In this document: positions 48,765-59,020 of the stretch, piece by piece
How positions within the stretch are numbered: position 1 is the stretch's first letter
Layout: the number at the start of each line of letters is the position of its first letter
Assembly (NCBI GenBank): GCA_963674965.2
Contig: CAXXFL010000002.1
Location: 128,001 to 192,000 of the forward strand
Source: a bacterium
GTDB lineage: Bacteria > RBG-13-61-14 > DATKZS01
Length of the DNA stretch: 64,000 bases
Direction of reading: 5' to 3'
Position numbers and translations under genes: made by a program
Notes under the pieces: generated by a model
Told to the model about the DNA's origin: nothing
What the model saw: only the letters and a program-made list of their open reading frames with translations
Databases searched by the model: none

Positions 48765-49922
48765 ATGCAACTTACACCTGAGGAATTTTCGGCGTTTCGG
48801 GACATGGCCCGCTCCTTCGCCAGGAGGAGCGTGGCGCCCATGCTCGATCACGAGTCGCCCGATGGAGACCTTGAACGGACGCGCTCCATACTCGATGAGG
48901 CCATGGCCACGGGCGTGATGGCCTCGGCCGACCCCGAGTCGCCCGGACACGAGACCGGGGCCTGGGGAAGACAAGCCATCGAGAACGGACCCCGTTCGAG
49001 CCTCATGCTTTTGTCCGAGCTGGCCTCGGTCTGCGCCGGCGTGGCCATGAACGTTCACGCCGCGGGGCTGGCGGCGCTTGTTTTGAACATGGCCGACAAG
49101 GCCCCGGCCAGGGTCCCGGCCCGGGCCGCGGTGGCTCTCTTCGAGGGAGGATATTTGCCGGGTCCGTCCGCCATTGTCAACCCATCGGGCGCGGCGCCGC
49201 CCATAGCGGCGAGGGCGCGCGGGGAAAAGGGAGGCTACGTCCTGTCCGGCGGCAAGGACTACGTCTTCGCCCCTTTCGGGCTCGAGGCCTTCCTGGTTTT
49301 CGCCCTGGAGGCCGATGACTGGGCGTGCTTCGTCGTGCCCCGCGAAGCGCCGGGCCTCGAGGAGGCGGACTCGGGAATCAGGATGGGACTTCGGGCTTGT
49401 CCGTGTTTGAACCTCAAGTTCAAGGACCTTGTCCTTCCGGCCGAGTCCAGGCTTTCCTTTTCCACGAAAACGGCCCACCTGGTACTGGAATACATGCGGC
49501 TTAACTGGCTGGGCATGGTGGCCATGAGCCACGGCATGGCGAGGGGGGCCCTCGAGCGGGCCAGGGAATACGCCGAGGAAAGGTATCAGGGATGTTGCCT
49601 TATTATCAACCATCCGGCCATGGGCATGCTTTTGAGTGACGCGTCGTCCCGCCTTCTGGTGCTCGAGTCGCTCATGGAAAAGGCGTCGCTCGAGGAGGGC
49701 ACGGCGTGGAGGAAATTCATCCTGGCGGCCGAGGCCAAACTGGCGGGCCTTCGGGCCGCGGCCGACGCCGTGACCGACTCCCTCCAGGTGTTCGGCGGCT
49801 ACGGATACATGGAGGACTACCGCATGGAAAAAAGATACCGCGACGTCAACTCGCTCAAATGCGCCGGCGGGTCCCCCCGCGACCTCCGCGCCATTATCGC
49901 CGAGACGATAGGGGAGAAGTAA
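48765..49922 (+). CDS. Acyl-CoA dehydrogenase family protein (divergent)
   Basis: LSGGKDYV, MGLRAC, QVFGGYGYMEDY...YRD; lacks the IYEG motif. Confidence 0.88.
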   Translation: MQLTPEEFSAFRDMARSFARRSVAPMLDHESPDGDLERTRSILDEAMATGVMASADPESPGHETGAWGRQAIENGPRSSLMLLSELASVCAGVAMNVHAAGLAALVLNMADKAPARVPARAAVALFEGGYLPGPSAIVNPSGAAPPIAARARGEKGGYVLSGGKDYVFAPFGLEAFLVFALEADDWACFVVPREAPGLEEADSGIRMGLRACPCLNLKFKDLVLPAESRLSFSTKTAHLVLEYMRLNWLGMVAMSHGMARGALERAREYAEERYQGCCLIINHPAMGMLLSDASSRLLVLESLMEKASLEEGTAWRKFILAAEAKLAGLRAAADAVTDSLQVFGGYGYMEDYRMEKRYRDVNSLKCAGGSPRDLRAIIAETIGEK

Positions 49923-49923
49923 A

Positions 49924-51225
49924 ATGAAACCACCGACCCATCCGGACGAGGCCAAAAAGAACCTTCCCCTTTTCGGACGGCTTTTCCTGCGCGAGCACAA
50001 GGGGGACCTCTGGGAAGACGAGACCATGACCCTGCCCTGGACCCTGAGGCGGATGAGAAGGAAATACAAGGCCTTCGCCGACGAGCGCATCCGTCCCCTC
50101 GAGCTGGAGGTGGACCTGGACGTAAGCAAGCTGGACAAGGACGGGCTCTTCAAGGACTACGCCAAACTGGGCTACGCCACCGAGCTTCTGCCCTGGCCCA
50201 TCGGGACCCTTCCCTTGCCGTGCGTGCTGGGCTGGTACGGCGTGCCGCTGGCCCTCAAGATCGAGGAAATAACCGCGGCCTGCGGGGGGATCGGCCTGAT
50301 GCTGGGCGCTCATGAGCTGGGCTTCGCGCCCCTCGTGCTTTCCGGTTCCCCCTCGGTCCTGACGAAATGGGTGATCCCCACCTACGCGGCCCTGAAAAGG
50401 GGAGAGAAGAAACTCTTCGCCTTCGCCATTACCGAGCCCGGCGCCGGGTCCGACGTGGAGGAAACCGAGGGCGCCATGAAGGCCAAGGTGGTGACCCGAG
50501 CGAAAAAGGTCTCGGGCGGCTACGTGATCAACGGCAGGAAGGTCTTTATTTCCGACGGCGGCATAGCCGACTACGTGACCCTCTTCGCCTGCCTCGGAAA
50601 CGAGGGCGTCGAGAGCTGGACCTGTTTCCTTCTCGAGCGGGGCATGAAGGGCTTCACCCTCGGCCGCAAGGAAAAGAAGATGGGACAGAAGGCCGGTGAC
50701 GCCACCGAGCTCGTTCTGGAAGACGTTTTCGTGCCCGACGACCACAGGATAGGTCCCGAGAAATCTGGATGGGCCCTGAACCGAAGCGTGCTTAACACCT
50801 CGAGGCCGGGCGTGGGCGCCATCGCCCTTGGCATTTCCAGGAGCGCCTTCGAGCATTGCCTGGATTTCTGCCGGACCACGAGGCTGGGAAATAAGCGACT
50901 GGTCGAATACCAGGACATACAGATCGAGCTGGCCGACATGCTGATCAAGATTTTCGCCGCCCGCGCCCTTGTCTGGAGCACGGTCAAGCGCTTCATCCCG
51001 CCCATGGCCGCGGCCTCGGCCGTGACCAAGGTGTTCGCCTCCGACGCCTCCGTGGCCGTGTGCGAAAAGGCCATGGAGATCATGGGAGACCACGGGTACA
51101 TGCACGGGCGAGGAGTCGAGAAGGCCCTGCGCGACGCCAGGCTGACGCAAATTTACGAGGGAACCAACCAGATTAACCGCCTCGGAATAATCGAGGACTT
51201 GTGGGACAACGACATAGGGGTCTGA
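49924..51225 (+). CDS. Acyl-CoA dehydrogenase
   Basis: FAITEPGAGSD, INGRKVFIS, KMGQ, RDARLTQIYEGTNQI. Confidence 0.93.
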   Translation: MKPPTHPDEAKKNLPLFGRLFLREHKGDLWEDETMTLPWTLRRMRRKYKAFADERIRPLELEVDLDVSKLDKDGLFKDYAKLGYATELLPWPIGTLPLPCVLGWYGVPLALKIEEITAACGGIGLMLGAHELGFAPLVLSGSPSVLTKWVIPTYAALKRGEKKLFAFAITEPGAGSDVEETEGAMKAKVVTRAKKVSGGYVINGRKVFISDGGIADYVTLFACLGNEGVESWTCFLLERGMKGFTLGRKEKKMGQKAGDATELVLEDVFVPDDHRIGPEKSGWALNRSVLNTSRPGVGAIALGISRSAFEHCLDFCRTTRLGNKRLVEYQDIQIELADMLIKIFAARALVWSTVKRFIPPMAAASAVTKVFASDASVAVCEKAMEIMGDHGYMHGRGVEKALRDARLTQIYEGTNQINRLGIIEDLWDNDIGV

Positions 51226-51341
51226 AAGAATTTTTCCCCAGGACCGATCCATCGGCTATAATATAAGCGGACTGATCGCCGGGGCGGCGGGAAACCAGGC
51301 CCCGCCCCGGCGCGTAAAATCAAATCGATCAAGCGATAAGC

Positions 51342-52175
51342 ATGAAAAACTTTAAAACGTCCATCGTCGCGTCCATATCCCCCACGTCCTTCGAAGCCCT
51401 CGCCTTGTCCGGCGACGTCGAGAGGGCGTTTCAACTAGCCAAAGAAGAAGGTTTTGACGCCGTCGAGATAGCGGTCCGGGACCCGTCTTTAGTCAAGGCG
51501 GGGGATATCCTCGAGCTGGCCGAATCGGCGGGCCTGGCCATAGCGGCCATCGGGACCGGCCAAGCTTACCTCGAGGAGGGGCTCAGCCTCACGAGTCCGG
51601 ACGAGCATGTCCGGCGGTCGGCCCTGGACAGGATGAGGCGCCAGGTTGACTTGTCCGTCCAGCTTGGAGCTCGGGTGATAGTGGGCCTCATACGCGGGAC
51701 GGTTAAGTCGAGGGACGAGGTCGAGGAGGCCCTGGACCTTCTTGGACTCTCCATGTTCGAGATAGGCGCCTACGCCCAGGAAGTGGGGGCGCCGGGACTT
51801 CTGATCGAGCCTATCAACCGTTACGAGACGAGGCTGATAAACTCGGTCGGTGAGGGCGTGGAGTTCCTGGAGAAACTCAGTGACCTTCCCGTCAGGCTTC
51901 TGGCCGACGTCTTCCACATGAACATCGAGGACACGGACATGGCGGGGGCCATCAAAGCGGCGGGCGATAAGATTGGACACGTGCACCTGGCCGATTCCAA
52001 CCGTCACGCTCCCGGCCGGGGCCACATAGATTTTTCATTTATCCTTCAGGCGCTTGAGGAATCGGGATATTCGGGCTATCTTTCCTGCGAGATACTTCCC
52101 GAGCCCTCGCCGGAGGAGGCGCTTAGATTGGCCGCCGCATTTTTCCGGGACCTAAGCGGAGGAGGAAATAGATAA
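51342..52175 (+). CDS. Sugar phosphate isomerase/epimerase (TIM barrel, IolO-like)
   Basis: GFDAVEI, EPINRYET, DVFHMNIE, HVHLADSNRHAPGRGH. Confidence 0.88.
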   Translation: MKNFKTSIVASISPTSFEALALSGDVERAFQLAKEEGFDAVEIAVRDPSLVKAGDILELAESAGLAIAAIGTGQAYLEEGLSLTSPDEHVRRSALDRMRRQVDLSVQLGARVIVGLIRGTVKSRDEVEEALDLLGLSMFEIGAYAQEVGAPGLLIEPINRYETRLINSVGEGVEFLEKLSDLPVRLLADVFHMNIEDTDMAGAIKAAGDKIGHVHLADSNRHAPGRGHIDFSFILQALEESGYSGYLSCEILPEPSPEEALRLAAAFFRDLSGGGNR

Positions 52176-52374
52176 TATTGCCCTTTTCATCGGGCGGCGG
52201 GTTGAACCGAAATCTTACATGGGGGTATTGACTTCGGACGCGGTTGGTAAATAATTGACAAAGAGATATAAGGACCGTCCAAGGCTTATTAACGACGCCA
52301 GAACGTTTTCCCATGGCGGAAAAGCCTGATTCAGGTAAACAACAAAGTACAATCGATCATCCCAGGGAGAGACC

Positions 52375-55300
52375 ATGGGCATTGAATCGGCCCCGAGACG
52401 GCACATACCTAACCCTTTTAACAATCCCGAAGCCGGGTTGGCCACGGCCTACGTAATATTCGCCGTTATTTGGTTTCTTCTTTCCGACGTTATTTTGGTA
52501 TCCCTGGGGTTTTCCCACGCGACGGCTTCGTTCGTCAAGAATTTCATCTTCGTTCTTGTCTCCGTGTTTTTCGCTTACAGGACCATCCTCAGGCTGATCG
52601 TGACCGAGGGGGACGGCCTTTCCCCTATCCAGGCCGGCGCCGCTTCCGGTATTTCTCCCGGCGAGGCCTACGCGGGCGAGGACATTATCGAGGCGATCTT
52701 CGAGTCCACCGCCGACGGGATGCTGGTGGTGGACAAGGCGGGCAAAATCATCAGGTTCAACTCCAAGCTGCTCCAGATGTGGGGAATGCCGACGAGCGTG
52801 GCCGAGGAGGGCGAGTCGGACAAAATATTCGACTATGCCTCCCAACTTATGCAAAACCCGGTCATGGGAGAGCGGGACTTCAAGTCGGCGAATAATAGCG
52901 ATGAGATTTTTTCGGACTCCGTGAGACTCAAGGACGGGCGCGTTTTCAACGTTTACAGTTGTCCCCTTTGGCACGAGTCCAGGGTGGAGGGAAGGGTCTG
53001 GAGCTTCCGGGACATTACGGAAAGAAAAAAAGTCGAGTGGGCCCTGGCCGACAGCGAGAGAAAAAACCGGGCCATCGTCTCCGCCCTTCCCGACCTCATG
53101 TTCCGGATATCGGCGGAGGGCGAGTTCCTGGACTACCACGCGCCCTCCGAGGACATGCTCTTCGTGCCGCCAGATAAAATCATCGGGGGAAACCTTCGGG
53201 ACATGGGCTTTCCTCCCGAGGCGGTGGACATATTCGAGAAAACCATCGAGGCAAGCCTGAAAACCGGGGAAGTGCAAATAAACGAGTACCAGTTGCCGAC
53301 CCCCTCCGGCTCGGCCTATTTCGAGGAACGCATCATTCCCTCCGGCCCCAATGAGGTCATCAGCCTGGTCAGGGACGTGTCGGACCGAAAAAAATGGGAA
53401 GAATCTCTCCAGCTTACCCAGATGTTTATCGACCGGGCCTCGGTCTCCGCCTTCATGGCCCAACCCGACGGCCGTTTCATCTACGTTAACGATGAGGCTT
53501 GCCGCTCTCTTGGTTACTCCAAGGATGAACTCCTCGATAAAAGCGTTTTCGATATCAACGTCCAGACCGACGAGGAGGTCTGGAGCAATTTGAAGCTCGA
53601 GCTAAAGGAGCGTCCCTCCCTGGGCTTCGAGTTCGAGCACGTTACCAAGGAGGGCGAGGTCTTTCCCGTCGACCTTACTCTGACCTATCTGGAATATAGC
53701 GGCCACGAGTATTACTTCGCCTTCGCCCGCGACGTTACCGAGAAGAGAAGGGCGGAAAAGGCGCTTCGAGACAGTGAGGAAAGATACAGACTGCTGGCCG
53801 AAAACACCGACGACGTCATCTGGACCATGAACATCGACCTTAACGAGACGACCTATATAAGCCCCGCCATCGAGCGCCTCCGGGGCTACACGGTGGAGGA
53901 GCATTTAAGCCAGCCCCTGGATAAGATCATTACCCCCTATTCCATGCAAAAGGTATTGGAGATACTGGCGCTGGCCAGGGAAGTCCAATCGAGCGATCGG
54001 CCCCCCGTCCCCATTTCCCGGACCTTCGAGATCGATTACATCCACAAGGACGGCTCGATCGTTCCCTGCGAGGTAAGGGCGACCTTCATGCTTGACGAGT
54101 CTGGAAAGCCCGTGGCCATTCACGGCGTGAGCCGCGACATTTCGCGCAGGCGCAAGGCGGAGGAAAGGACCCGCGTCCAGCGGGACCTCGGGCTGGCGCT
54201 TAGCGCCAACCTGGGCATGGACAAGGCCCTCAGTTACGGGCTGGACGCGGCCATCCGCATGGCGGACATGGACTGCGGGGGCATATACATCATCGATGAA
54301 AGGACCGGTGACCTGGAGCTAAAAAAGCACATTGGTCTCTCCGACGAGTTCGTGAAATCGACTTACCACCTGGGGTCCGACTCTCCCCACGTCCGGATAA
54401 TCATGTCGGGCAGGACCATCTATAAGGCCTACGGGGACCTTGACCTGCCCAAGGACGAGGTGAGGAAAAAGGAAGGTCTCAAGGCGATGGCCGTCATTCC
54501 TCTCCACTATCTTGACAGCGTCGTCGGATGTCTGAACATATCCTCCCATACCCTCAATGAAGTCCCGCCCGATTGCCGCGATACTCTCGAGGTCACGGCC
54601 GCTCACATCGGCAGCGTGGCGGCCAGGATCATGGCCGAGGAGGCCCTGCGCGAGAGCGAGAGAAGACTCGAACTGGCGGTATGGGGGGCCGAACTGGGAA
54701 TATGGGACGCTGATCTGGAAAAAAATGAGATAGTAATCAGCGGGAGGTTAAGCGAGACGCTCGGCTATGAAAAAGACGAGATCGGAAAAGACCCGGAGAA
54801 ATGGCTCGATCTGGTCCATCCCGACGACAGGGAAAATCTGGAGGAAATTTTCTTTCTTCACGCGGACGGCGACGTTCCTTATTTTCAGGCGGAATTCAGG
54901 ATTCGCGCCAAAAACGGGGAATACCGGTGGATGCAGGTCCGAGGCGCCGTGGTCGCGGTCGGAAAAAAAGGACAGGCGACCAGGGCCACTGGCGTGCATC
55001 TGGACGTGACGGAAAGAAAGAGAGCGGAGGAAGCCCTGAGGCATAGCGAGGAAAGGTTCAGGGCCTTGTCCGAACAGAACCTCCTCGCCATCGGCATCCT
55101 CCAGGACGGGATATTCAAGTACGTCAACGAGGCGGGGGCGGGCATCGCGGAGGAACCGGCGGATGAAATAATGACCTGGAGCGCCATGGACTTCCTCGAT
55201 ATCGTGCATCCCGATTATCGCGGCTTTGTCCTTGACCAGGCCCGGCGCAAGCAGGAGGGACTGGACGGCCAGGTGGCCAATTACGTCTTGAAGAGCGTGA

Positions 55301-56949
55301 CGAAAACGGGCAAGGAAAAATGGATTGACCTTTACTCGAAGACCATCACCTTCGACGGGCGCCCGGCGGATTTCGTCACCATGATCGACGTAACCGACAA
55401 GAAGAAGGCCGAGGACGACCTGGAGGCGGAAAAGGAAAGGCTGGCGGTAACGCTTCGTTCCATCGGCGACGGCGTGATCACGACCGACGTGGAGGGCACG
55501 ATTATCCTCATGAACCGGGTGGCCGAGGAATTGACCGGCTATTCCCAGCGTGACGCCGAGGGCAAGAACCTGGGCAAGGTCTTCAAGATAGTGAACGAGA
55601 TAACCCGGAAGCCCGCCGAGGACCCGGTGCGAAAAGTGATGGAGACGGGCGGCATAATCGGCCTGCCCCACCACACGGTCCTGGTGGCGAGGGACGGCGT
55701 TGAAAGGGTGATCGCCGACAGCGGCGCGCCCATTCGGGACCGTGACAGCAAGATAATAGGCGTGGTCCTGGTTTTTCGAGACGTCACGGAGAAGCGCAAA
55801 ATGGAGGAGGAGCTTTTAAAGGCCGAGAAGCTCGAGTCCCTGGGGGTCCTGGCCGGCGGCATAGCGCACGACTTCAACAATATCCTTACCGGGGTCCTGG
55901 GTAACATTTCCATGGCCCGGCTTCAGACGGCGAACAAGGAAAAAACCGTCATGCGGCTGGAGGAGGCCGAGAAAGCCTGCGTCAGGGCCAAGGAGCTTAC
56001 CCGGCAGCTATTGACCTACGCCCGGGGCGGGGCGCCCATAAAAACCATTTCCTCTTTAAAGTCCATGGTCCTGGAATCGGCCTGGTTCGCCCTCCGCGGG
56101 TCCAACGTCAGCCTCGAGTACGAGATGCCCGAGGACCTGTGGCCCGCCGAGGTGGACGAGGGGCAAATAGGCCAGGTCATCCAGAACCTTATAATCAACG
56201 CCGACCAGGCCATGCCGGAGGGCGGCAACGTCCGGGTCAAGGCGAGCAATTTCGTCCTCGATGAAGACAACGCGCTTCTTCTTCCTGGGTCCAAGCACTC
56301 GGAATACGTAAAAATCGAGGTCATCGACCAGGGGATCGGGATCCCGGAGGAACACCTATCGGGGATTTTCGATCCCTTTTTCACCACCAAACAAAGGGGA
56401 AGCGGACTCGGGTTGGCCACGGCCTACTCGATCGTCAAGCGTCACGAAGGGCACATTCTGGTCGATTCCCAAATCGGGCGCGGCACGACCTTCTCGATTT
56501 ACCTGCCGGCCTCACCTCATCACGAGCACAAAATAGAACAGGATAAGCAGGAAATGGTCAAGGGAAAAGGAAAGGTCCTGGTTATGGACGACGAGGAAAC
56601 CATCCTCGAGCTTTTGGGCGTGGAGATACCCGAGCTGGGCTACGAGGTCGAACTGGCGGCCAGCGGAGAGGAAGCAATAAAATTATACAGGGAGTCCATG
56701 GAAAACAATGACAAGTTCGACGCCGTCATTCTCGACCTGACCGTTCGCGGGGGAATGGGCGGCAAGGAAGCGCTCGAGAAAATGCTCGCCTTCGACCCCG
56801 AGGTCAAGGGCATTGTCTCAAGCGGGTACTCGACGGACGCGATCATGAGCAACTATAAGCAATACGGCTTCAAGGGAGTCATCGCCAAGCCCTATCGGCC
56901 AGAGGAACTAAGCTTGATACTTATGTCCGTAATAAATGGAGAAGACTGA
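52375..56949 (+). CDS. Hybrid sensor histidine kinase (2 TM, ~7 PAS, GAF, HisKA, HATPase, receiver)
   Basis: Repeated (R)DV/IT-ERK PAC ends; GGIAHDFNN, NLIINA, DQGIG, FFTTK..GSGLGL; VMDDE, LDLT receiver. Confidence 0.95.
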   Translation: MGIESAPRRHIPNPFNNPEAGLATAYVIFAVIWFLLSDVILVSLGFSHATASFVKNFIFVLVSVFFAYRTILRLIVTEGDGLSPIQAGAASGISPGEAYAGEDIIEAIFESTADGMLVVDKAGKIIRFNSKLLQMWGMPTSVAEEGESDKIFDYASQLMQNPVMGERDFKSANNSDEIFSDSVRLKDGRVFNVYSCPLWHESRVEGRVWSFRDITERKKVEWALADSERKNRAIVSALPDLMFRISAEGEFLDYHAPSEDMLFVPPDKIIGGNLRDMGFPPEAVDIFEKTIEASLKTGEVQINEYQLPTPSGSAYFEERIIPSGPNEVISLVRDVSDRKKWEESLQLTQMFIDRASVSAFMAQPDGRFIYVNDEACRSLGYSKDELLDKSVFDINVQTDEEVWSNLKLELKERPSLGFEFEHVTKEGEVFPVDLTLTYLEYSGHEYYFAFARDVTEKRRAEKALRDSEERYRLLAENTDDVIWTMNIDLNETTYISPAIERLRGYTVEEHLSQPLDKIITPYSMQKVLEILALAREVQSSDRPPVPISRTFEIDYIHKDGSIVPCEVRATFMLDESGKPVAIHGVSRDISRRRKAEERTRVQRDLGLALSANLGMDKALSYGLDAAIRMADMDCGGIYIIDERTGDLELKKHIGLSDEFVKSTYHLGSDSPHVRIIMSGRTIYKAYGDLDLPKDEVRKKEGLKAMAVIPLHYLDSVVGCLNISSHTLNEVPPDCRDTLEVTAAHIGSVAARIMAEEALRESERRLELAVWGAELGIWDADLEKNEIVISGRLSETLGYEKDEIGKDPEKWLDLVHPDDRENLEEIFFLHADGDVPYFQAEFRIRAKNGEYRWMQVRGAVVAVGKKGQATRATGVHLDVTERKRAEEALRHSEERFRALSEQNLLAIGILQDGIFKYVNEAGAGIAEEPADEIMTWSAMDFLDIVHPDYRGFVLDQARRKQEGLDGQVANYVLKSVTKTGKEKWIDLYSKTITFDGRPADFVTMIDVTDKKKAEDDLEAEKERLAVTLRSIGDGVITTDVEGTIILMNRVAEELTGYSQRDAEGKNLGKVFKIVNEITRKPAEDPVRKVMETGGIIGLPHHTVLVARDGVERVIADSGAPIRDRDSKIIGVVLVFRDVTEKRKMEEELLKAEKLESLGVLAGGIAHDFNNILTGVLGNISMARLQTANKEKTVMRLEEAEKACVRAKELTRQLLTYARGGAPIKTISSLKSMVLESAWFALRGSNVSLEYEMPEDLWPAEVDEGQIGQVIQNLIINADQAMPEGGNVRVKASNFVLDEDNALLLPGSKHSEYVKIEVIDQGIGIPEEHLSGIFDPFFTTKQRGSGLGLATAYSIVKRHEGHILVDSQIGRGTTFSIYLPASPHHEHKIEQDKQEMVKGKGKVLVMDDEETILELLGVEIPELGYEVELAASGEEAIKLYRESMENNDKFDAVILDLTVRGGMGGKEALEKMLAFDPEVKGIVSSGYSTDAIMSNYKQYGFKGVIAKPYRPEELSLILMSVINGED

Positions 56950-57066
56950 AAAGCGGAGTATAATATAGGTCCATTAGCGTAACCTGAAACCCGAAACCTT
57001 GAACTTTGGACGCCCGAGGGCCCATCTCGAAAGCCCTTCGGGTTTGATTTTTTCGCGGAGGTAGCT

Positions 57067-58425
57067 ATGAGCCCCAAAAAAATAGTCGTTATCGGAGCGG
57101 TGGCCGCGGGAATGAGCGCGGCCAGCCAGGCGAAAAGGCGGATGAAGGACGCCGAGATAATCGTGTTCGAAAAGGGAAACGACGTAAGCTACGGCGCCTG
57201 CGGCATGCCCTATAACGTGGGAGACCCCGATCGAGATATCTACGACCTTAACGTTATCAGCGCCAAGGATTTTCGGGAAAAACGCGGGATCGACCTCCGG
57301 ACCGAGAGCGAGGTGACCTCCATTGGCCGGGAAAACAAAACGGTCAAGGGCGTTGACAAAAGGGGAGGGGAGTTCGAGGAAACCTACGACCTCCTGGTGA
57401 TCGCCACCGGAAGCCGCGCCGTCTACCCGCCCGTCCCCGGTATCGACTCGGAAGGAGTATTTCCGCTCAGGACCCTCCAGCACGGCGCCGCCATGAAGGA
57501 AAAACTGGCCTCGGGCAAAGTCAGGGAGGCCGCGGTCTTGGGAGGCAGCTACCTCGGTCTCGAGCTGGCCGAGGCCCTTTGCCACCGGGGCGTCAAGACC
57601 ACCATCGTCAAGAGAAAACCCCGGATGCTGAAATTCCTGCCCGTTGAATTCGACGAGATGATAAAGGAGGAGTTGGCCAAAAACGACGTGCCCATAGTTC
57701 ACGGCCAGTCCATCCAGGAAATCCAAACCTCGGGCAGGGTCAAGATGATACTGTCGGAAAGCGAGATCGAGTGCGACATGATAACGCTGGGGACCGGCTT
57801 CGCTCCCCGCTCCGAGCTGGCCAGGGACGCCGGACTCGAGCTGGGACCGGCGGGGGCCATCGCGGTTGATGAATACGGACTTACTTCCGACCCGAATATC
57901 TACGCCATCGGGGACTGCTCGGACAATTTTCATCACCTTACCGGCAAAAGGGTCTGGGTCCCGCTCGCTCTTCACGCCAACCGGGCGGGAAGGATCGTGG
58001 GGGCCAACGTCTCGGGAGACCACGAGAAGCTCCCTCCCGTGCTCGGGACCTCGGCGGTGAGGGTGTTCGGTCTGGAGGCCGCCGGGACGGGACTGACGGA
58101 AAAAGAGGCTAAAGACGAGGGATTCTCGCCGGTTAGCTCGACCATCAAGTCCAGGACCAGGGCCCATGCCTTTCCCGGAGCCGGGACTATCCACGTGCAT
58201 CTGACGGTTGACGGGGAAACGGGGAGGATGCTGGGCGGGGCCATAGTTGGGTCGGAATACGCCGCCATCCGGATTAACGTACTGGCTGCGGCCGTGCAGA
58301 GCAATATGACGGTCCTGGACTTCTCGAATCTTGACCTAATGTACTCTCCGCCTTTCTCACCGGCGTGGGACCCCCTCCTGGTTTGCGCTAATCAACTGGT
58401 CAAGAAAGCGGGAACGGCAAAATAA
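57067..58425 (+). CDS. FAD-dependent CoA-disulfide reductase / NADH oxidase family
   Basis: GAVAAGMSAA, SYGACGMPY (single redox Cys), ATG, YAIGDC, DLMYSPPFSP. Confidence 0.92.
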   Translation: MSPKKIVVIGAVAAGMSAASQAKRRMKDAEIIVFEKGNDVSYGACGMPYNVGDPDRDIYDLNVISAKDFREKRGIDLRTESEVTSIGRENKTVKGVDKRGGEFEETYDLLVIATGSRAVYPPVPGIDSEGVFPLRTLQHGAAMKEKLASGKVREAAVLGGSYLGLELAEALCHRGVKTTIVKRKPRMLKFLPVEFDEMIKEELAKNDVPIVHGQSIQEIQTSGRVKMILSESEIECDMITLGTGFAPRSELARDAGLELGPAGAIAVDEYGLTSDPNIYAIGDCSDNFHHLTGKRVWVPLALHANRAGRIVGANVSGDHEKLPPVLGTSAVRVFGLEAAGTGLTEKEAKDEGFSPVSSTIKSRTRAHAFPGAGTIHVHLTVDGETGRMLGGAIVGSEYAAIRINVLAAAVQSNMTVLDFSNLDLMYSPPFSPAWDPLLVCANQLVKKAGTAK

Positions 58426-58511
58426 AGCCATACGCTAATAATTCAATAATAATGGGATGATACACTTTCAATCGGCAAAAGATGAAAAGGAAATGAAAAG
58501 CCTGACGACCG

Positions 58512-58539
58512 GCCCGTTATACCCGTATGTATAACGGGC
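58512..58539. terminator. Hairpin downstream of the oxidoreductase gene
   Basis: GCCCGTTATAC-CCGTAT-GTATAACGGGC; weak U tract. Confidence 0.4.
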
Positions 58540-58584
58540 GTTACCCTTTAACTTGACAGATTATTAGGAGATTCTAAATTTAAG

Positions 58585-58614
58585 TTGACAAAAAGGGGTA
58601 TATGGTGGTATAAT
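58585..58614 (+). promoter_or_regulatory. Near-consensus sigma70 promoter with extended -10
   Basis: TTGACA (58585-58590), 18 nt spacer, TG-n-TATAAT (58609-58614). Confidence 0.75.
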
Positions 58615-59020
58615 TAAAATAAGATTAAAAAACCAGGCATAAATATTTAATAAGTTCCTCGCTGAATCAGACGCTCCTTTTACCATGCTCGCTTTGCGAG
58701 ATTGATAAAGCCGTAGCCCACGCTCCAATGCTCTCGTTCCCAAATGCCGGGTTTTCTGGGGAAAGATCATAACTAATGACCGAGACCATTGCAATAAAAT
58801 GATAATTATTCCTTTGTTAGACACATTGGCGCCATCGATGGCCAGACCGCCCGCAAGGCGGAAACCGTACCTTTCTATTCTCGCGTGCTCTCTTTTTCGT
58901 ATTCCTAAGCATGAAGCCAAGCTCTGTCCAGCGCAACTGACTAGTGGCTGGAGTAGACACAGTTTGGTCTTTTGGAACTCGCTTTTCATTAACGCTACTA
59001 ATCGTTAAAGGAGGTCAGGC

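Noticed and set aside
51277..51312. 11-bp GC stem as SRP RNA or a riboswitch
   Set aside because: Lacks the SRP domain IV motif; most simply a terminator or processing hairpin after the ACAD operon.
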